Counted from the first letter of the stretch, positions 49,182-58,433 are shown. The stretch is 64,000 bases of DNA from Spirochaetia bacterium (GCA_965203055.1 OZ241863.1:3040001-3104000); one strand, 5' to 3'. Notes: generated by a model not told the origin, from the letters alone. Translations and numbers: made by a program.

Positions 49182-50690
49182 ATGACACCCGCTGATCTGG
49201 AAGTCCTCATCCAGCAGGGCGAAGGCACGACGCTCGAATTCAAGGAAGCGGTGTCGTCGTCGTTCGCGCGGGAGCTCGTGGCGCTGGCCAACACCGTCGG
49301 CGGGAAGATTTTGCTAGGTGTACGGGACGATCATTCCATCGTCGGGATCCGGGACGCCAACGAGCTGCGCGCCCGACTCCAGGGCCTTGCCCGCAACTGC
49401 GATCCTCCGGTGAAGGTGCGCGTGGAGCCGGTCGGCAACGTGCTGGTGGTCCACGTACGGGAGAGCGACGCCAAACCGGTGCAGTGCAGCGACGGGTTCT
49501 TCAGTCGCCAAGGCGCGGTAACGCAGAAGCTGAACCGAAACGAGATCCGCGACTTCTTCCGGGTCGAAGGGGCGATCCGGTTCGACTTGGCGGTTTGCCC
49601 CCGGTTCCGCTATCCGGAGGACTTCGACCGCGAGAAGTACGACCGGTGGGTAGGTTACTCCGGCATCACCGGACGGCCGCCGGTGGAGGACACTCTGGTC
49701 AACATCGAGGCGGCCGAGCGGGCTGGCGACCGGCTGCTGTTCCGCAACGCCGGCGTGCTGTTCTTCGCCCGGAACGTGCGGCACTTCTTCCCGGAGGCAT
49801 ATATCACCTGTCTGTTGGGCCGGGGGACCGACAAGGTTCACATTCTGGATCGCAAGGACTTCGCCGGGGGGACCGTGGCCGACATCGAGGAAGCCATGCG
49901 CTTCATCGAGCGCAATACCCGCACCGCCTACCGGATCGAGGGCCTGCGCCGGGAAAACGTCCCGGAGTACCCGATGAACGCGCTGCGCGAGGCGATCACC
50001 AACGCGGTCATGCATCGCGACTGGTTCTACAACGGCACCAACGTGTTCGTGGAGCTCTACGCCGACCGCATCGAGGTGATCAGTCCCGGCAGCCTGCCCC
50101 CCGGCCTGACCGTTGCCGAGCTGGGGCGCCGGAGCGTGCGGCGCAACCCGCTCATCTCCGACCTGCTCCACCGCATCGAGTTCATCGAGATGGCCGGCAC
50201 CGGCATCCGGCGCATCCGGGAGGAAGCGCGGGCGCGCCGCTGCCCGGAGCCGACGTTCGAGGCCAACAGCTTCGTGACCGTCACCTTCCGGCCCAACCCC
50301 GAGGTGCGGGCGGCGACCGGCGATGATGGGACTACCGGGGAAGTCACCGGGGATGTTACCGGGGTAGTTACGCCGCAGGAGACGCATCAAACCCCTTCCC
50401 GGGCAACCACCGGGGAAGTCACCGGGGATGTTACCGGGGAAGTCACCGGGGAAGTCGCGGCGGTTGTCCGGCTGCTGCGAGCGATGGCCGGCGACATGAC
50501 CAGGCAGCATCTCCAGGAGGCGCTTGGCCTGAAGCACGAGGACCACTTCCGCAGTGCGTACCTGCAGCCCGCTCTGCGCGCCGGCCTGGTAGAAATGACC
50601 ATCCCCGACAAGCCGCGCAGCCGCAGCCAGCGCTACCGGCTGACGCCCGCCGGCAGCCGCTACCTGAGACGAACGGAGGAGACCCCGTAG
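49182..50690 (+). CDS. AlbA_2 (Schlafen-like) + HATPase_c_4 + HTH protein
   Basis: GEGTTLEFKE, ALANTVGG.ILLGV.D, ALREAITNAVMHRD, SPG, RNP..GTGI; TG(E/D)V 12-bp repeats at about 50330-50455; PDKPRSRSQRY. Confidence 0.88.
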   Translation: MTPADLEVLIQQGEGTTLEFKEAVSSSFARELVALANTVGGKILLGVRDDHSIVGIRDANELRARLQGLARNCDPPVKVRVEPVGNVLVVHVRESDAKPVQCSDGFFSRQGAVTQKLNRNEIRDFFRVEGAIRFDLAVCPRFRYPEDFDREKYDRWVGYSGITGRPPVEDTLVNIEAAERAGDRLLFRNAGVLFFARNVRHFFPEAYITCLLGRGTDKVHILDRKDFAGGTVADIEEAMRFIERNTRTAYRIEGLRRENVPEYPMNALREAITNAVMHRDWFYNGTNVFVELYADRIEVISPGSLPPGLTVAELGRRSVRRNPLISDLLHRIEFIEMAGTGIRRIREEARARRCPEPTFEANSFVTVTFRPNPEVRAATGDDGTTGEVTGDVTGVVTPQETHQTPSRATTGEVTGDVTGEVTGEVAAVVRLLRAMAGDMTRQHLQEALGLKHEDHFRSAYLQPALRAGLVEMTIPDKPRSRSQRYRLTPAGSRYLRRTEETP

Positions 50691-50820
50691 ATGGCGAAGA
50701 TCGATGGCCCGCGTACTATAGGTGCCACGGCGTCGCGCAGGCTCTCAGCCCCTCGCGTGGGATCGACGTTGCCGGTCCGTATCCGCCAAGGCCAGTTCCT
50801 CGACGGCGGCCATAGCACGC

Positions 50821-51078
50821 TCAGGACCGCTGGCTCGACCAGGGCCTGCGCGGGCGCGCAGCGGTCGGCGACGGCTTGCGCGGCGGCAGCTTCTCGCCGG
50901 TGTACGCGTCCCACTCGTTGCCGTCAGCGTCGGCCATGATAAAGCGGTCCTCGCGGCGCACCCTGCCGCTCGCGAGCGACTCCCGGACCCCTTCCGGCGT
51001 CAGCTCCCCGAGCGGGCGCCCGGAGTAGTCGCTGTCTACGGCTTGGGTTTCGTCGGCTTCTTCTTTCTGCTTGCCCAT
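50821..51078 (-). CDS. Small hypothetical protein (VDSDYSGRPL motif)
   Basis: Shares MGK..VDSDYSGRPL and a D..TGE motif with the ORF starting at 18353. Confidence 0.5.
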   Translation of the reverse strand: MGKQKEEADETQAVDSDYSGRPLGELTPEGVRESLASGRVRREDRFIMADADGNEWDAYTGEKLPPRKPSPTAARPRRPWSSQRS

Positions 51079-51401
51079 CTGCGACTCATCAGGAGCTTGT
51101 CATTGGCTTGCGCGATCGGCACGAACTCGTCATACGGCCACTGCCTGACCCGCAACACCCTGTTCTTTGTGGGTGAGCATCTTGTCGAGCTGCGCCTTTA
51201 GGACCGATGACCCGCTCCGCCACGCAATATACTGCGCATACGCCCGCGCCCACAACTCGGCCTCGTGGGTCAGGTAGGTATCGCCCTGCAGGAGCGCATA
51301 CCTCTTGCTCTGCAGGATCGCCTTATGACCGCCTGCATCGTCCGAGTCGACTCCCGCTTAGACTCGAGGTCGTCTATTTCGGCGACGCCCTTCTTTGACA
51401 T
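51036..51401 (-). pseudogene. Frameshifted phage-like fragment (ELWARAYAQY motif)
   Basis: Stitched frames read KAILQSKRYALLQGDTYLTHEAELWARAYAQYIAWRSGSSVLKAQLD.. / RQWPYDEFVPIAQANDKLLMSRRWASRKK. Confidence 0.45.
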
Positions 51402-51459
51402 GCCCGACGTCAGTACGCGCCGGCGCGAGTGCCCGCCGGCGCGCAGCCTGGATGCCTGT

Positions 51460-51488
51460 TTGACTGATGATACCATGGCGAATACCAT
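51460..51488 (+). promoter_or_regulatory. Sigma70-like leaderless promoter with ATACCAT direct repeats
   Basis: TTGACT-17-TACCAT-6-GTG(51495). Confidence 0.7.
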
Positions 51489-51494
51489 ATAGCC

Positions 51495-51764
51495 GTGGTC
51501 ATTACCATAGATCGCGACGGGCGCGTCGTAGTGCCGAAGCAGTTCCGTGACCGCTTCAACTTGGTTGCTGGTACGCAGTTGGAGATCGAAGCCGCAGGTG
51601 ACGGGCTGAAGCTTCGTAAGGTCGTAAGCGAGCCGACGCTGGTTCGGAAGAAAGGGTTCCTGGTGCATCACGGCACTGCTCGTCCCGACATCGATATCGT
51701 CGAGTTCATCCGTGCCGAGCGCGACGCCCGCAGCCGTCATATTGCCACGGACACCACGGATTGA
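51495..51764 (+). CDS. AbrB/MazE/SpoVT family antitoxin (no toxin adjacent)
   Basis: ITIDRDGRVVVPKQFRDRFNLVAGTQLEIE. Confidence 0.88.
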   Translation: MVITIDRDGRVVVPKQFRDRFNLVAGTQLEIEAAGDGLKLRKVVSEPTLVRKKGFLVHHGTARPDIDIVEFIRAERDARSRHIATDTTD

Positions 51765-51832
51765 TGCGCAAGCCGCAGCCAGCGCTACCGGCCGGCCGCC
51801 GCTACCTGAGACGAATGGAGGAGACGCCGTAG

Positions 51833-53791
51833 ATGGCGAAGATCGACGTCACCCGGACCGAGCTGGTCTGGCCGGGCAAGTACAACGAAGACGGCACGCT
51901 CAATGAAGCGCCGCGCGTCAACCTGCCGTTCCAGGTCATCGAGACCGTCAACGAGAGCCGCGCCACCCGCGAGGCGCGCAAGACGAAGGGCATGTCATTA
52001 TTCGACGTGTACGAGGGCACCGAAGGCGATACCTTCGAGGAGGGTTGGCGGAACAAGCTGATCTGGGGCGACAATCTGCTGGTGATGGGCTCGCTCCTGG
52101 AGAAGTTCGCCGGAAAGATCGATCTGATCTACATCGACCCACCATTCGCGACCGGAGCAGACTTCTCATTTACGGCGCCAATAGGAGAGTCCGGGGAAGA
52201 AGTGTTCAAGGCGCAATCTGCCATTGAGGAGAAAGCATATCGTGATACATGGGGAAGTGGGCATTCATCTTATGTTTCCATGCTCCATGATCGCTTGATG
52301 CTTATACGAGAACTCCTTTCAAGTACCGGCAGCGTATATGTACACATTGATCCCCGGGTAGACTATCTTGTCAGAGGTATTCTCGATGACGTATTCGGTC
52401 AAGAGTCATTTCGTAACGTCATTGTCTGGAAGCGAGACGTTGCAGGTAAAGGAGCCAAGAGAACCAGCAGTCAATGGCCACGAAATGCAGACACAATAAT
52501 TTGGTATGGTAGGTCTCCGGCATCGTGGACGTTCGAACAACAGTATGCGCAGTTGAGCGATGATCAGAAGAAACCATATCGATACCACGATTCGAACGGC
52601 CGTCGGTATAAGGCAGTTCAACTCGGTGACTACTCCGAAAGATCAATTGCAATTATGGTTCAGAAAGGGATGATTCATACTTCCTCCACTGGTAAGATGT
52701 ATAAGAAATACTACTTGGATGAAGCTCGCTCGACAATCGACTGTATTTGGACCGATATTCTTGGTTTTGGAACAAAGACCGCCTCGCACGAGATTCAAGG
52801 ATTCCCTACTCAGAAGCCTGAGATGCTACTTGAACGTATTGTCGCTGCGTCATCCAAGAAGGGGGACCTCGTAGCCGACTTCTTCTGTGGTTCGGGAACT
52901 ACCCTTGCCGTGGCCGAGAAGCTCGGGCGCCGCTGGATCGGCTGCGACCTGGGCCGCTGGGGAATACACGTCACCCGCAAGCGGCTACTTGGTATCGAAG
53001 ACTGCAAGCCGTTCGAAATTCTGAATCTCGGCAAGTATGAACGGCAGTACTGGCAGGGCGCGACCTTCAGCGAACAAGGCTCCGAGCAGGCGCTCTACGA
53101 GTACCTCGCGTTCATCCTCAAGCTGTACGGCGCGCAACCGGTCGCCGGCATGGCGCACGTGCACGGCAAGAAGCATCGGGCCATGGTCCACGTCGGCGCG
53201 GTGGATGCGCCGGTGACTATCGACGAGATCGAACAGGCGGTCAACGAATGCCAGCGGCTCCGCCAGAACGAGCTGCACGTGCTAGGTTGGGAGTGGGAGA
53301 TGGGGCTGGCTGGCCCCAACAACGACCTGCGCAAGGGCGGATTGATGCACGAATCGGCCAAGGCGCGCGGCGTCAAGCTCATCCTGCTGCAGATACCGCG
53401 CGAGGTGATGGAGCAGCAGGTGCGCGACGAGAACGACGTGCGCTTCTTCGAGCTGGCGTACCTGGAAGCGGCGGTCGAGACTCCGGATACGCTGACCGCG
53501 CAGGTGCGGCTCGAGGACTTCGTCATTCCCAACGACGAGCTGATCCCGGACGAGGTGCGCGGCAAGGTCCGGCAGTGGTCCGATTACATCGACTACTGGG
53601 CGGTGGATTGGGACTTCCGCAACGACACCTTCATGCAGGGCTGGGTAACCTACCGCACGCGCAAGGAGCGCAGTCTGCCGCTCGCCTCCGATCCGCACCG
53701 CTACGAATCTCCCGGCACCTATCAGGTGCTGATCAAGGTAATCGACATCTTCGGCAACGACACGTCGCAATGCTACCCGGTGACGGTATGA
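51833..53791 (+). CDS. mod: Type III-like DNA methyltransferase (Mod)
   Basis: NKLIWGDNL, IYIDPPF, FPTQKPE, DFFCGSGTT. Confidence 0.92.
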   Translation: MAKIDVTRTELVWPGKYNEDGTLNEAPRVNLPFQVIETVNESRATREARKTKGMSLFDVYEGTEGDTFEEGWRNKLIWGDNLLVMGSLLEKFAGKIDLIYIDPPFATGADFSFTAPIGESGEEVFKAQSAIEEKAYRDTWGSGHSSYVSMLHDRLMLIRELLSSTGSVYVHIDPRVDYLVRGILDDVFGQESFRNVIVWKRDVAGKGAKRTSSQWPRNADTIIWYGRSPASWTFEQQYAQLSDDQKKPYRYHDSNGRRYKAVQLGDYSERSIAIMVQKGMIHTSSTGKMYKKYYLDEARSTIDCIWTDILGFGTKTASHEIQGFPTQKPEMLLERIVAASSKKGDLVADFFCGSGTTLAVAEKLGRRWIGCDLGRWGIHVTRKRLLGIEDCKPFEILNLGKYERQYWQGATFSEQGSEQALYEYLAFILKLYGAQPVAGMAHVHGKKHRAMVHVGAVDAPVTIDEIEQAVNECQRLRQNELHVLGWEWEMGLAGPNNDLRKGGLMHESAKARGVKLILLQIPREVMEQQVRDENDVRFFELAYLEAAVETPDTLTAQVRLEDFVIPNDELIPDEVRGKVRQWSDYIDYWAVDWDFRNDTFMQGWVTYRTRKERSLPLASDPHRYESPGTYQVLIKVIDIFGNDTSQCYPVTV

Positions 53792-54127
53792 ACGAGCTGC
53801 ACCTTACGCCCGAGGAGAGCGCATGGTTGCGCGCATATCGGAGTCTGATACGTCGGCGGTACCCGGAAACGGTGGCGCGAATGCTCGTCTATGGTTCCAA
53901 GGCGCGCGGCGACGCCCACGCCGACAGCGACCTGGACGTTCTCATCATCGTCCGGAACGACGCCGCCGACGAAGCGGGAGCTGCGCGGAATCGGCTACGA
54001 TCTGGCGGCAACCTCCCACGCGGTGCCGTCGATCCTGGCGTATTCGCTGAAGGAATGGCAGGAACGGAGCGCACGGGGGTACCCGTTCCAACGCGCGGTC
54101 GAGCGCGACGGCGTGTCCGTCCTGTGA
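53788..54127 (+). pseudogene. Minimal nucleotidyltransferase with a frameshift near 53970
   Basis: ATGA overlap with mod; VYGSKARGDAHADSDLDVLII; continues in another frame as KRELRGIGYDL...VERDGVSVL. Confidence 0.75.
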
Positions 54128-54136
54128 AATCGGACG

Positions 54137-56908
54137 ATGGCTGAGTCGGTCGTTTCTTACGACCGGGACCTGCCGCAGATTGCCGGCCGTCTGCCGTGGG
54201 AGGCGCCGTGCTCCTGCCTGGTGAAGGACGACGCGGCGCGCACCGGCTGGCGCGAGGATCGTTCCGGGCGGCGCCCGAGCCAACTGCTGCTGGTGCCGAA
54301 GATTCGCGACGCGGTGGACTCATGGCGCGCGGCCGGGTACGACGGCGCGTCCGGCGTGACCAAGCGGCTGTTCGCGTACTGGTTCGAGGAGGATCACGAA
54401 GTCTCAGGCTTCGACGCGCCGTTCCGGTACTATTTCTGCCAGCGCGAGGCGATCGAGACACTGGCGTGGCTGGTGGAAATCGCCGGCAGGCGCGACGCGC
54501 TCGCGTTGATCCGGGACTACGGGACGATCTCCGTCACCGATCGGTTTCAGACCGCGATGGACGGCCGGCGGCAGCTTCGCCGTTATGTCCCGGAACTGGA
54601 TAAGGACGTCGAGCAGGAGCTGCCGCCGGAGAACTTGCGCCGCTACGCCCTCAAGCTGGCGACCGGCGCCGGCAAGACCTGGGTGATGGCGATGGCGGTC
54701 GTGTGGTCGCGCTTCCACCGGCTGCGCGTGGCAGACTCCGAACTCTCCACCAACTTCCTCATCGTCGCCCCCAACGTGATCGTCTATCAGCGGCTCGAAA
54801 GGGACTTCGCCAACAACAATATCTTCCACCGGTTGCCGCTGATCCCGCCGGAGTGGAAGGGCAGCTTCACCCAGAAAGTGATCCTGCGCGGCGAGGCCGC
54901 CGAACCCGCTCCGTCCGGGAATCTGTTTCTCACCAACATCCAGCAACTCTACGAGTCGCGCGACGATACCTGGACTCCCGCGAACCCCGTCGAGGCGCTA
55001 TTGGGAGAGAAACCGGCGCAGGATCTCGCGGGGTCCGCCGGGCGTTCCATGCTGGAACGGGTCAAGTCGCTCCCCGATCTGGTGGTGATGAACGATGAGG
55101 CGCACCACGTGCACGACGAGGACCTGGCGTGGAGCAGGTCGCTGCTCGGCGTTCACGGTGGGCTGCCGCAGGGGGTCGGCGCCTGGCTCGACTTCTCGGC
55201 CACGCCCAAGGACCGGAACGGCATGTACTTCCCGTGGACGGTGTGCGACTACCCGCTGGCGCAGGCGGTGGAGGACCGGATCGTCAAGGCGCCGATCATC
55301 GTCACCAACGAGGACGACGCCGGGCAGCCGGCGCAAGACCCGGAGGGGGTGACGAAGGACAATGTCGCCGCCAAGTACGGCTACTGGCTGCAAGCCGCGG
55401 TACGGCGCTGGCAGGAGCACCGCGCCGCGTACGGCCCGCTCGGCATCAAACCGGTGCTCTTCATCATGGCGGAGAAGAACGTCTACGCCGACGCGTTGGG
55501 CGAGTATCTCGTCACGACCGCAGGATTCAAGACGTCAGAGGTACTGGTGATCCACACCGACACCACCGGCGAGGTGCGGAAGGGAGACCTGGAAAAGGCG
55601 CGGCAGGCGGCGCGCGACATCGACCGCCGCGGCAGCCGGATCAAGGCGATCGTGAGCGTGATGATGCTGCGCGAGGGCTGGGACGTGCGCAACGTGACGG
55701 TCGTGCTGGGGCTGCGGCCGTTCACCGCCAAGGCGGAGATCCTGCCGGAGCAGGTGATCGGGCGCGGGCTGCGGCTCATGACGCAGGTGAGCCCGGACCG
55801 CACGCAGACGCTGGAGGTGCTCGGCACGCGCAATCTGCTCAACGTGCTGCGCGAGCAACTGGAAGCCGAGGGAGTCGGCGTGGCCAGCACGGCGCAGGGT
55901 CCGCCGCCGCCGGTGACCATCGCACCGGTGCGGGAGCGGCTGGCGCACGACATCGCGATCCCCCTCACCAAGCCGAGTCTGACGCATGACTCCCGCAAGC
56001 TGTCGGAGCTCGACGTGCAGTCGCTCATTCCGATCTACGAATCGAACGATCTGGCGGAACCGGTGCGAATCACGATGCGGATGGAGTTCGCGACCACGGA
56101 GACCGAAGTCCATCAGGCGGCCTTGGCGCCGGAGGGGAGTCCGGCGCGGGAGCTCCTGGCCGGCATCGCCGGCGAGGTGAGCAAGCGGACCGGGCTCACC
56201 AACCGGTTCGCCGAGCTCTACCCGATCGTGCGGCGGTACGTGGCGGAGCGCTGCTTCGGCGGGCCGGTCGACGTGGAGGATTCCGGGATTCGATCGCACC
56301 TGACGCGGCTGGAACTGCGCGAAGGAATCGCCCGCTATCTGGCCGGGGCGATCGGCGAGCTCACCGTCGAACGCCGCTCGCTGCAGTTCGAGCGCACCGA
56401 CTTCCGGCTGTCCGCTACCAGACCGTTCAGTTGGCGGCGCAATCTGCCGCCCCTCGAAGCCGACAAGACCGTGTTCAACTACGTGGCGACCTACAACGAG
56501 TTCGAGCGCAGCTTCGCCGAGTTCCTGGACCGCGCGGCCGACGTGCCGCGCTTCGCCGCGCTGGGCACCACCGATCAGGGCAGCTCCGGCACCGCGTTCC
56601 GCGTCGACTACCTGAAGGCGAGCGGCGCCATCGGCTTCTACTATCCCGACTGGGTAGCCGTCCAGCAAACCGAAGACGGCGCCGAAGACGGCGAGGTGCA
56701 CTGGATCATCGAAACCAAGGGCCGCGTCTGGGAAGGCACCGACCGGAAGGACGCCGCAATGCGCGAGTGGTGCCGGCGCGTGCACGACGCCGCCGGCATC
56801 GTCTGGCGCTACCTGCGCGTCAACCAAGCCGAGTTCCGCAAGCTCCCGCCCGACTCCCCGACCCTCAAGGCCCTGATCGCGCAACTCTCCGACGACGCCC
56901 TGTCTTGA
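54137..56908 (+). CDS. res: Type III restriction endonuclease subunit (SF2 helicase-nuclease)
   Basis: YFCQREAIET, LATGAGKT, NDEAHH, SATP, MLREGWD, EQVIGRGLR, YYPDWV..IIETKG. Confidence 0.9.
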   Translation: MAESVVSYDRDLPQIAGRLPWEAPCSCLVKDDAARTGWREDRSGRRPSQLLLVPKIRDAVDSWRAAGYDGASGVTKRLFAYWFEEDHEVSGFDAPFRYYFCQREAIETLAWLVEIAGRRDALALIRDYGTISVTDRFQTAMDGRRQLRRYVPELDKDVEQELPPENLRRYALKLATGAGKTWVMAMAVVWSRFHRLRVADSELSTNFLIVAPNVIVYQRLERDFANNNIFHRLPLIPPEWKGSFTQKVILRGEAAEPAPSGNLFLTNIQQLYESRDDTWTPANPVEALLGEKPAQDLAGSAGRSMLERVKSLPDLVVMNDEAHHVHDEDLAWSRSLLGVHGGLPQGVGAWLDFSATPKDRNGMYFPWTVCDYPLAQAVEDRIVKAPIIVTNEDDAGQPAQDPEGVTKDNVAAKYGYWLQAAVRRWQEHRAAYGPLGIKPVLFIMAEKNVYADALGEYLVTTAGFKTSEVLVIHTDTTGEVRKGDLEKARQAARDIDRRGSRIKAIVSVMMLREGWDVRNVTVVLGLRPFTAKAEILPEQVIGRGLRLMTQVSPDRTQTLEVLGTRNLLNVLREQLEAEGVGVASTAQGPPPPVTIAPVRERLAHDIAIPLTKPSLTHDSRKLSELDVQSLIPIYESNDLAEPVRITMRMEFATTETEVHQAALAPEGSPARELLAGIAGEVSKRTGLTNRFAELYPIVRRYVAERCFGGPVDVEDSGIRSHLTRLELREGIARYLAGAIGELTVERRSLQFERTDFRLSATRPFSWRRNLPPLEADKTVFNYVATYNEFERSFAEFLDRAADVPRFAALGTTDQGSSGTAFRVDYLKASGAIGFYYPDWVAVQQTEDGAEDGEVHWIIETKGRVWEGTDRKDAAMREWCRRVHDAAGIVWRYLRVNQAEFRKLPPDSPTLKALIAQLSDDALS

Positions 56909-56964
56909 CGCGGACCGCTACCCGCCGAGTGGAGAAGATGGAGTCCTTGCCTTGCTTGGCGCTG

Positions 56965-58125
56965 TCACGGGCCGGCCGGGGCGGTTGCGAGGAAGTTGAT
57001 GAAGCCGTCGAGGTCGCATACTACTTGGTGGTCGCGGGCCAGCCACGGGCTGCGCCGGCAGATCAGGAACCGCCGGCTGGCGGCGATCAGGTCGGCGGCG
57101 GCGTTGAGGCGCTTCAGGTCGTCGAGTCCGGGGCGGGTGGTCAGCTTGACTTCGAGCGCCCACAGTTCCGTGCCGACGCGCAGCACCAAGTCGATTTCGC
57201 GCTGGTCGCTGGTGCGGAACGAGAATGCCTCGAACGGTCGTCCGGCGTGCCGCAAGGCCGTGAACACCTGGTCGATGACGAACCCCTCCCAACTGGCCCC
57301 GACCCACGGCTGATTCAGCAGCTCGCCGGCGCTGGCGCCAAGCAGCGCGTGCAGCAGCCCGCTGTCGCGCCAGTAGACGCGCGGGCGCTTGACGATGCGC
57401 TTGCGGATGTTGGCGTGGAACGGGAGCAGGCGGCGGATCAGGAACGCGCCTTCGAGGTAGTCCAGGTAGCTGTTGACCGTGTGGTAGGAGAGGGCCAAGC
57501 TCTTGCCGATCTGGGTGGCGTTCCACTCCTGGCCGTTGGTCGCCGCCAGCATCTGCAGCAGGCGCCGCGTGGTCGGCGCGCGGGCGGGCAGCCCCCAGTT
57601 CGGCAGGTCGCGCTGCATCAGCAGGTCCAGGTAATCGTGCTGCCACTGGGGAAAGCCGCGCCCGGTCAGCACGCCGCCGTCCGCATACCCGCCGCAGAGC
57701 CACAGCCGTTCCCGCTGCCCGGGAGCGGCCAGTTCCGACCATGACAACGGCGCCAGTTCCACCACCGAGAGTCGGCCGGCCAGCGACTCCGAGACCTGGG
57801 TCATGAGCGCCGGCGAGACCGATCCCAGCAGCAGGAACCGCCCCATGCGCCGGCGGTCGTCGTCGATGGCGCCGCGCAGGCGCGGAAACACCTCCGGCCA
57901 CGCCTGCGCCTCGTCCAGCACGATCAGTTCGCGTCCGCTGACCACCGTGTCCCACGTCAGGTCCAGGCGCAGCCGGTCGCTCTCCTGCTCCAGGTCGAAG
58001 TAGACGCCGCCGAGCGACCGGGCCAACGTAGTCTTGCCGCACTGGCGCGGCCCCACCAGCGCCGCCGCCGGATAGTTGCGGAGCCGCGCGAGCAGCACCG
58101 GCGTCAGGCCCCGTTCCACCATCAC
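56965..58125 (-). CDS. AAA_14 ATPase with DUF4143 domain (COG1373)
   Basis: GPRQCGKTT, LDEAQ, GASWEG, EIDLV..EVK. Confidence 0.88.
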   Translation of the reverse strand: MMVERGLTPVLLARLRNYPAAALVGPRQCGKTTLARSLGGVYFDLEQESDRLRLDLTWDTVVSGRELIVLDEAQAWPEVFPRLRGAIDDDRRRMGRFLLLGSVSPALMTQVSESLAGRLSVVELAPLSWSELAAPGQRERLWLCGGYADGGVLTGRGFPQWQHDYLDLLMQRDLPNWGLPARAPTTRRLLQMLAATNGQEWNATQIGKSLALSYHTVNSYLDYLEGAFLIRRLLPFHANIRKRIVKRPRVYWRDSGLLHALLGASAGELLNQPWVGASWEGFVIDQVFTALRHAGRPFEAFSFRTSDQREIDLVLRVGTELWALEVKLTTRPGLDDLKRLNAAADLIAASRRFLICRRSPWLARDHQVVCDLDGFINFLATAPAGP

Positions 58126-58131
58126 TACGAC

Positions 58132-58159
58132 ATTTTAGAAATCGATTTCTATTTTGCAA
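58132..58159 (-). promoter_or_regulatory. Promoter with a perfect 16-bp palindrome in the spacer
   Basis: Minus strand TTGCAA-16-TAAAAT-6-GTG; TAGAAATCGATTTCTA at 58136-58151. Confidence 0.65.
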
Positions 58160-58433
58160 GATTGGGGGCGCGGAGCTGGTGCAGCCGGTAGTCCTTCTCG
58201 ATGCCGAGCCAGATTTTGGCATCGACGCCGAGCACCATCTCGAACTGGAGGGCGGTCTTTGGCTCGATCGGGGCCTTCCCGGCGATGATCTCGCTGATGA
58301 GCTTCGCGGACCGGCCGCACCGACGTGCGAACTCGGCTTGAGAGACGCCGTGCGCCTCCAGGCGTTCCTCCAGCACCAGCCCGGGCGGAACCGCATAGTC
58401 AGGCCGGTACTCATTGATCGCTGCCGTCGCCAT
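58149..58433 (-). CDS. HigA family XRE antitoxin (no HigB adjacent)
   Basis: GAGGAGG RBS; PPGLVLEERL..SQAEFARR..ISEIIAGKAPI..TALQFE..LG....WL. Confidence 0.85.
   Translation of the reverse strand: MATAAINEYRPDYAVPPGLVLEERLEAHGVSQAEFARRCGRSAKLISEIIAGKAPIEPKTALQFEMVLGVDAKIWLGIEKDYRLHQLRAPNLAK

Larger units (their letters stand above)
50619..51846. repeat. Imperfect direct repeat (50619-50704 and 51771-51846) flanking an insert of about 1.07 kb
   Basis: Both copies contain the 3' end of the AlbA gene, GGAGGAG and TAGATGGCGAAGATCGA (the mod start); the second copy lacks 10 nt. Confidence 0.85.

Noticed and set aside
50330..50455. 12-bp ACCGGGGAAGTC-type repeats as a regulatory or CRISPR-like array
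   Set aside because: They encode an in-frame TG(E/D)V low-complexity linker, common in this protein family.
56918..58414. 498-aa minus-strand ORF spanning HigA and the ATPase
   Set aside because: Alternative frame overlapping two motif-supported genes.
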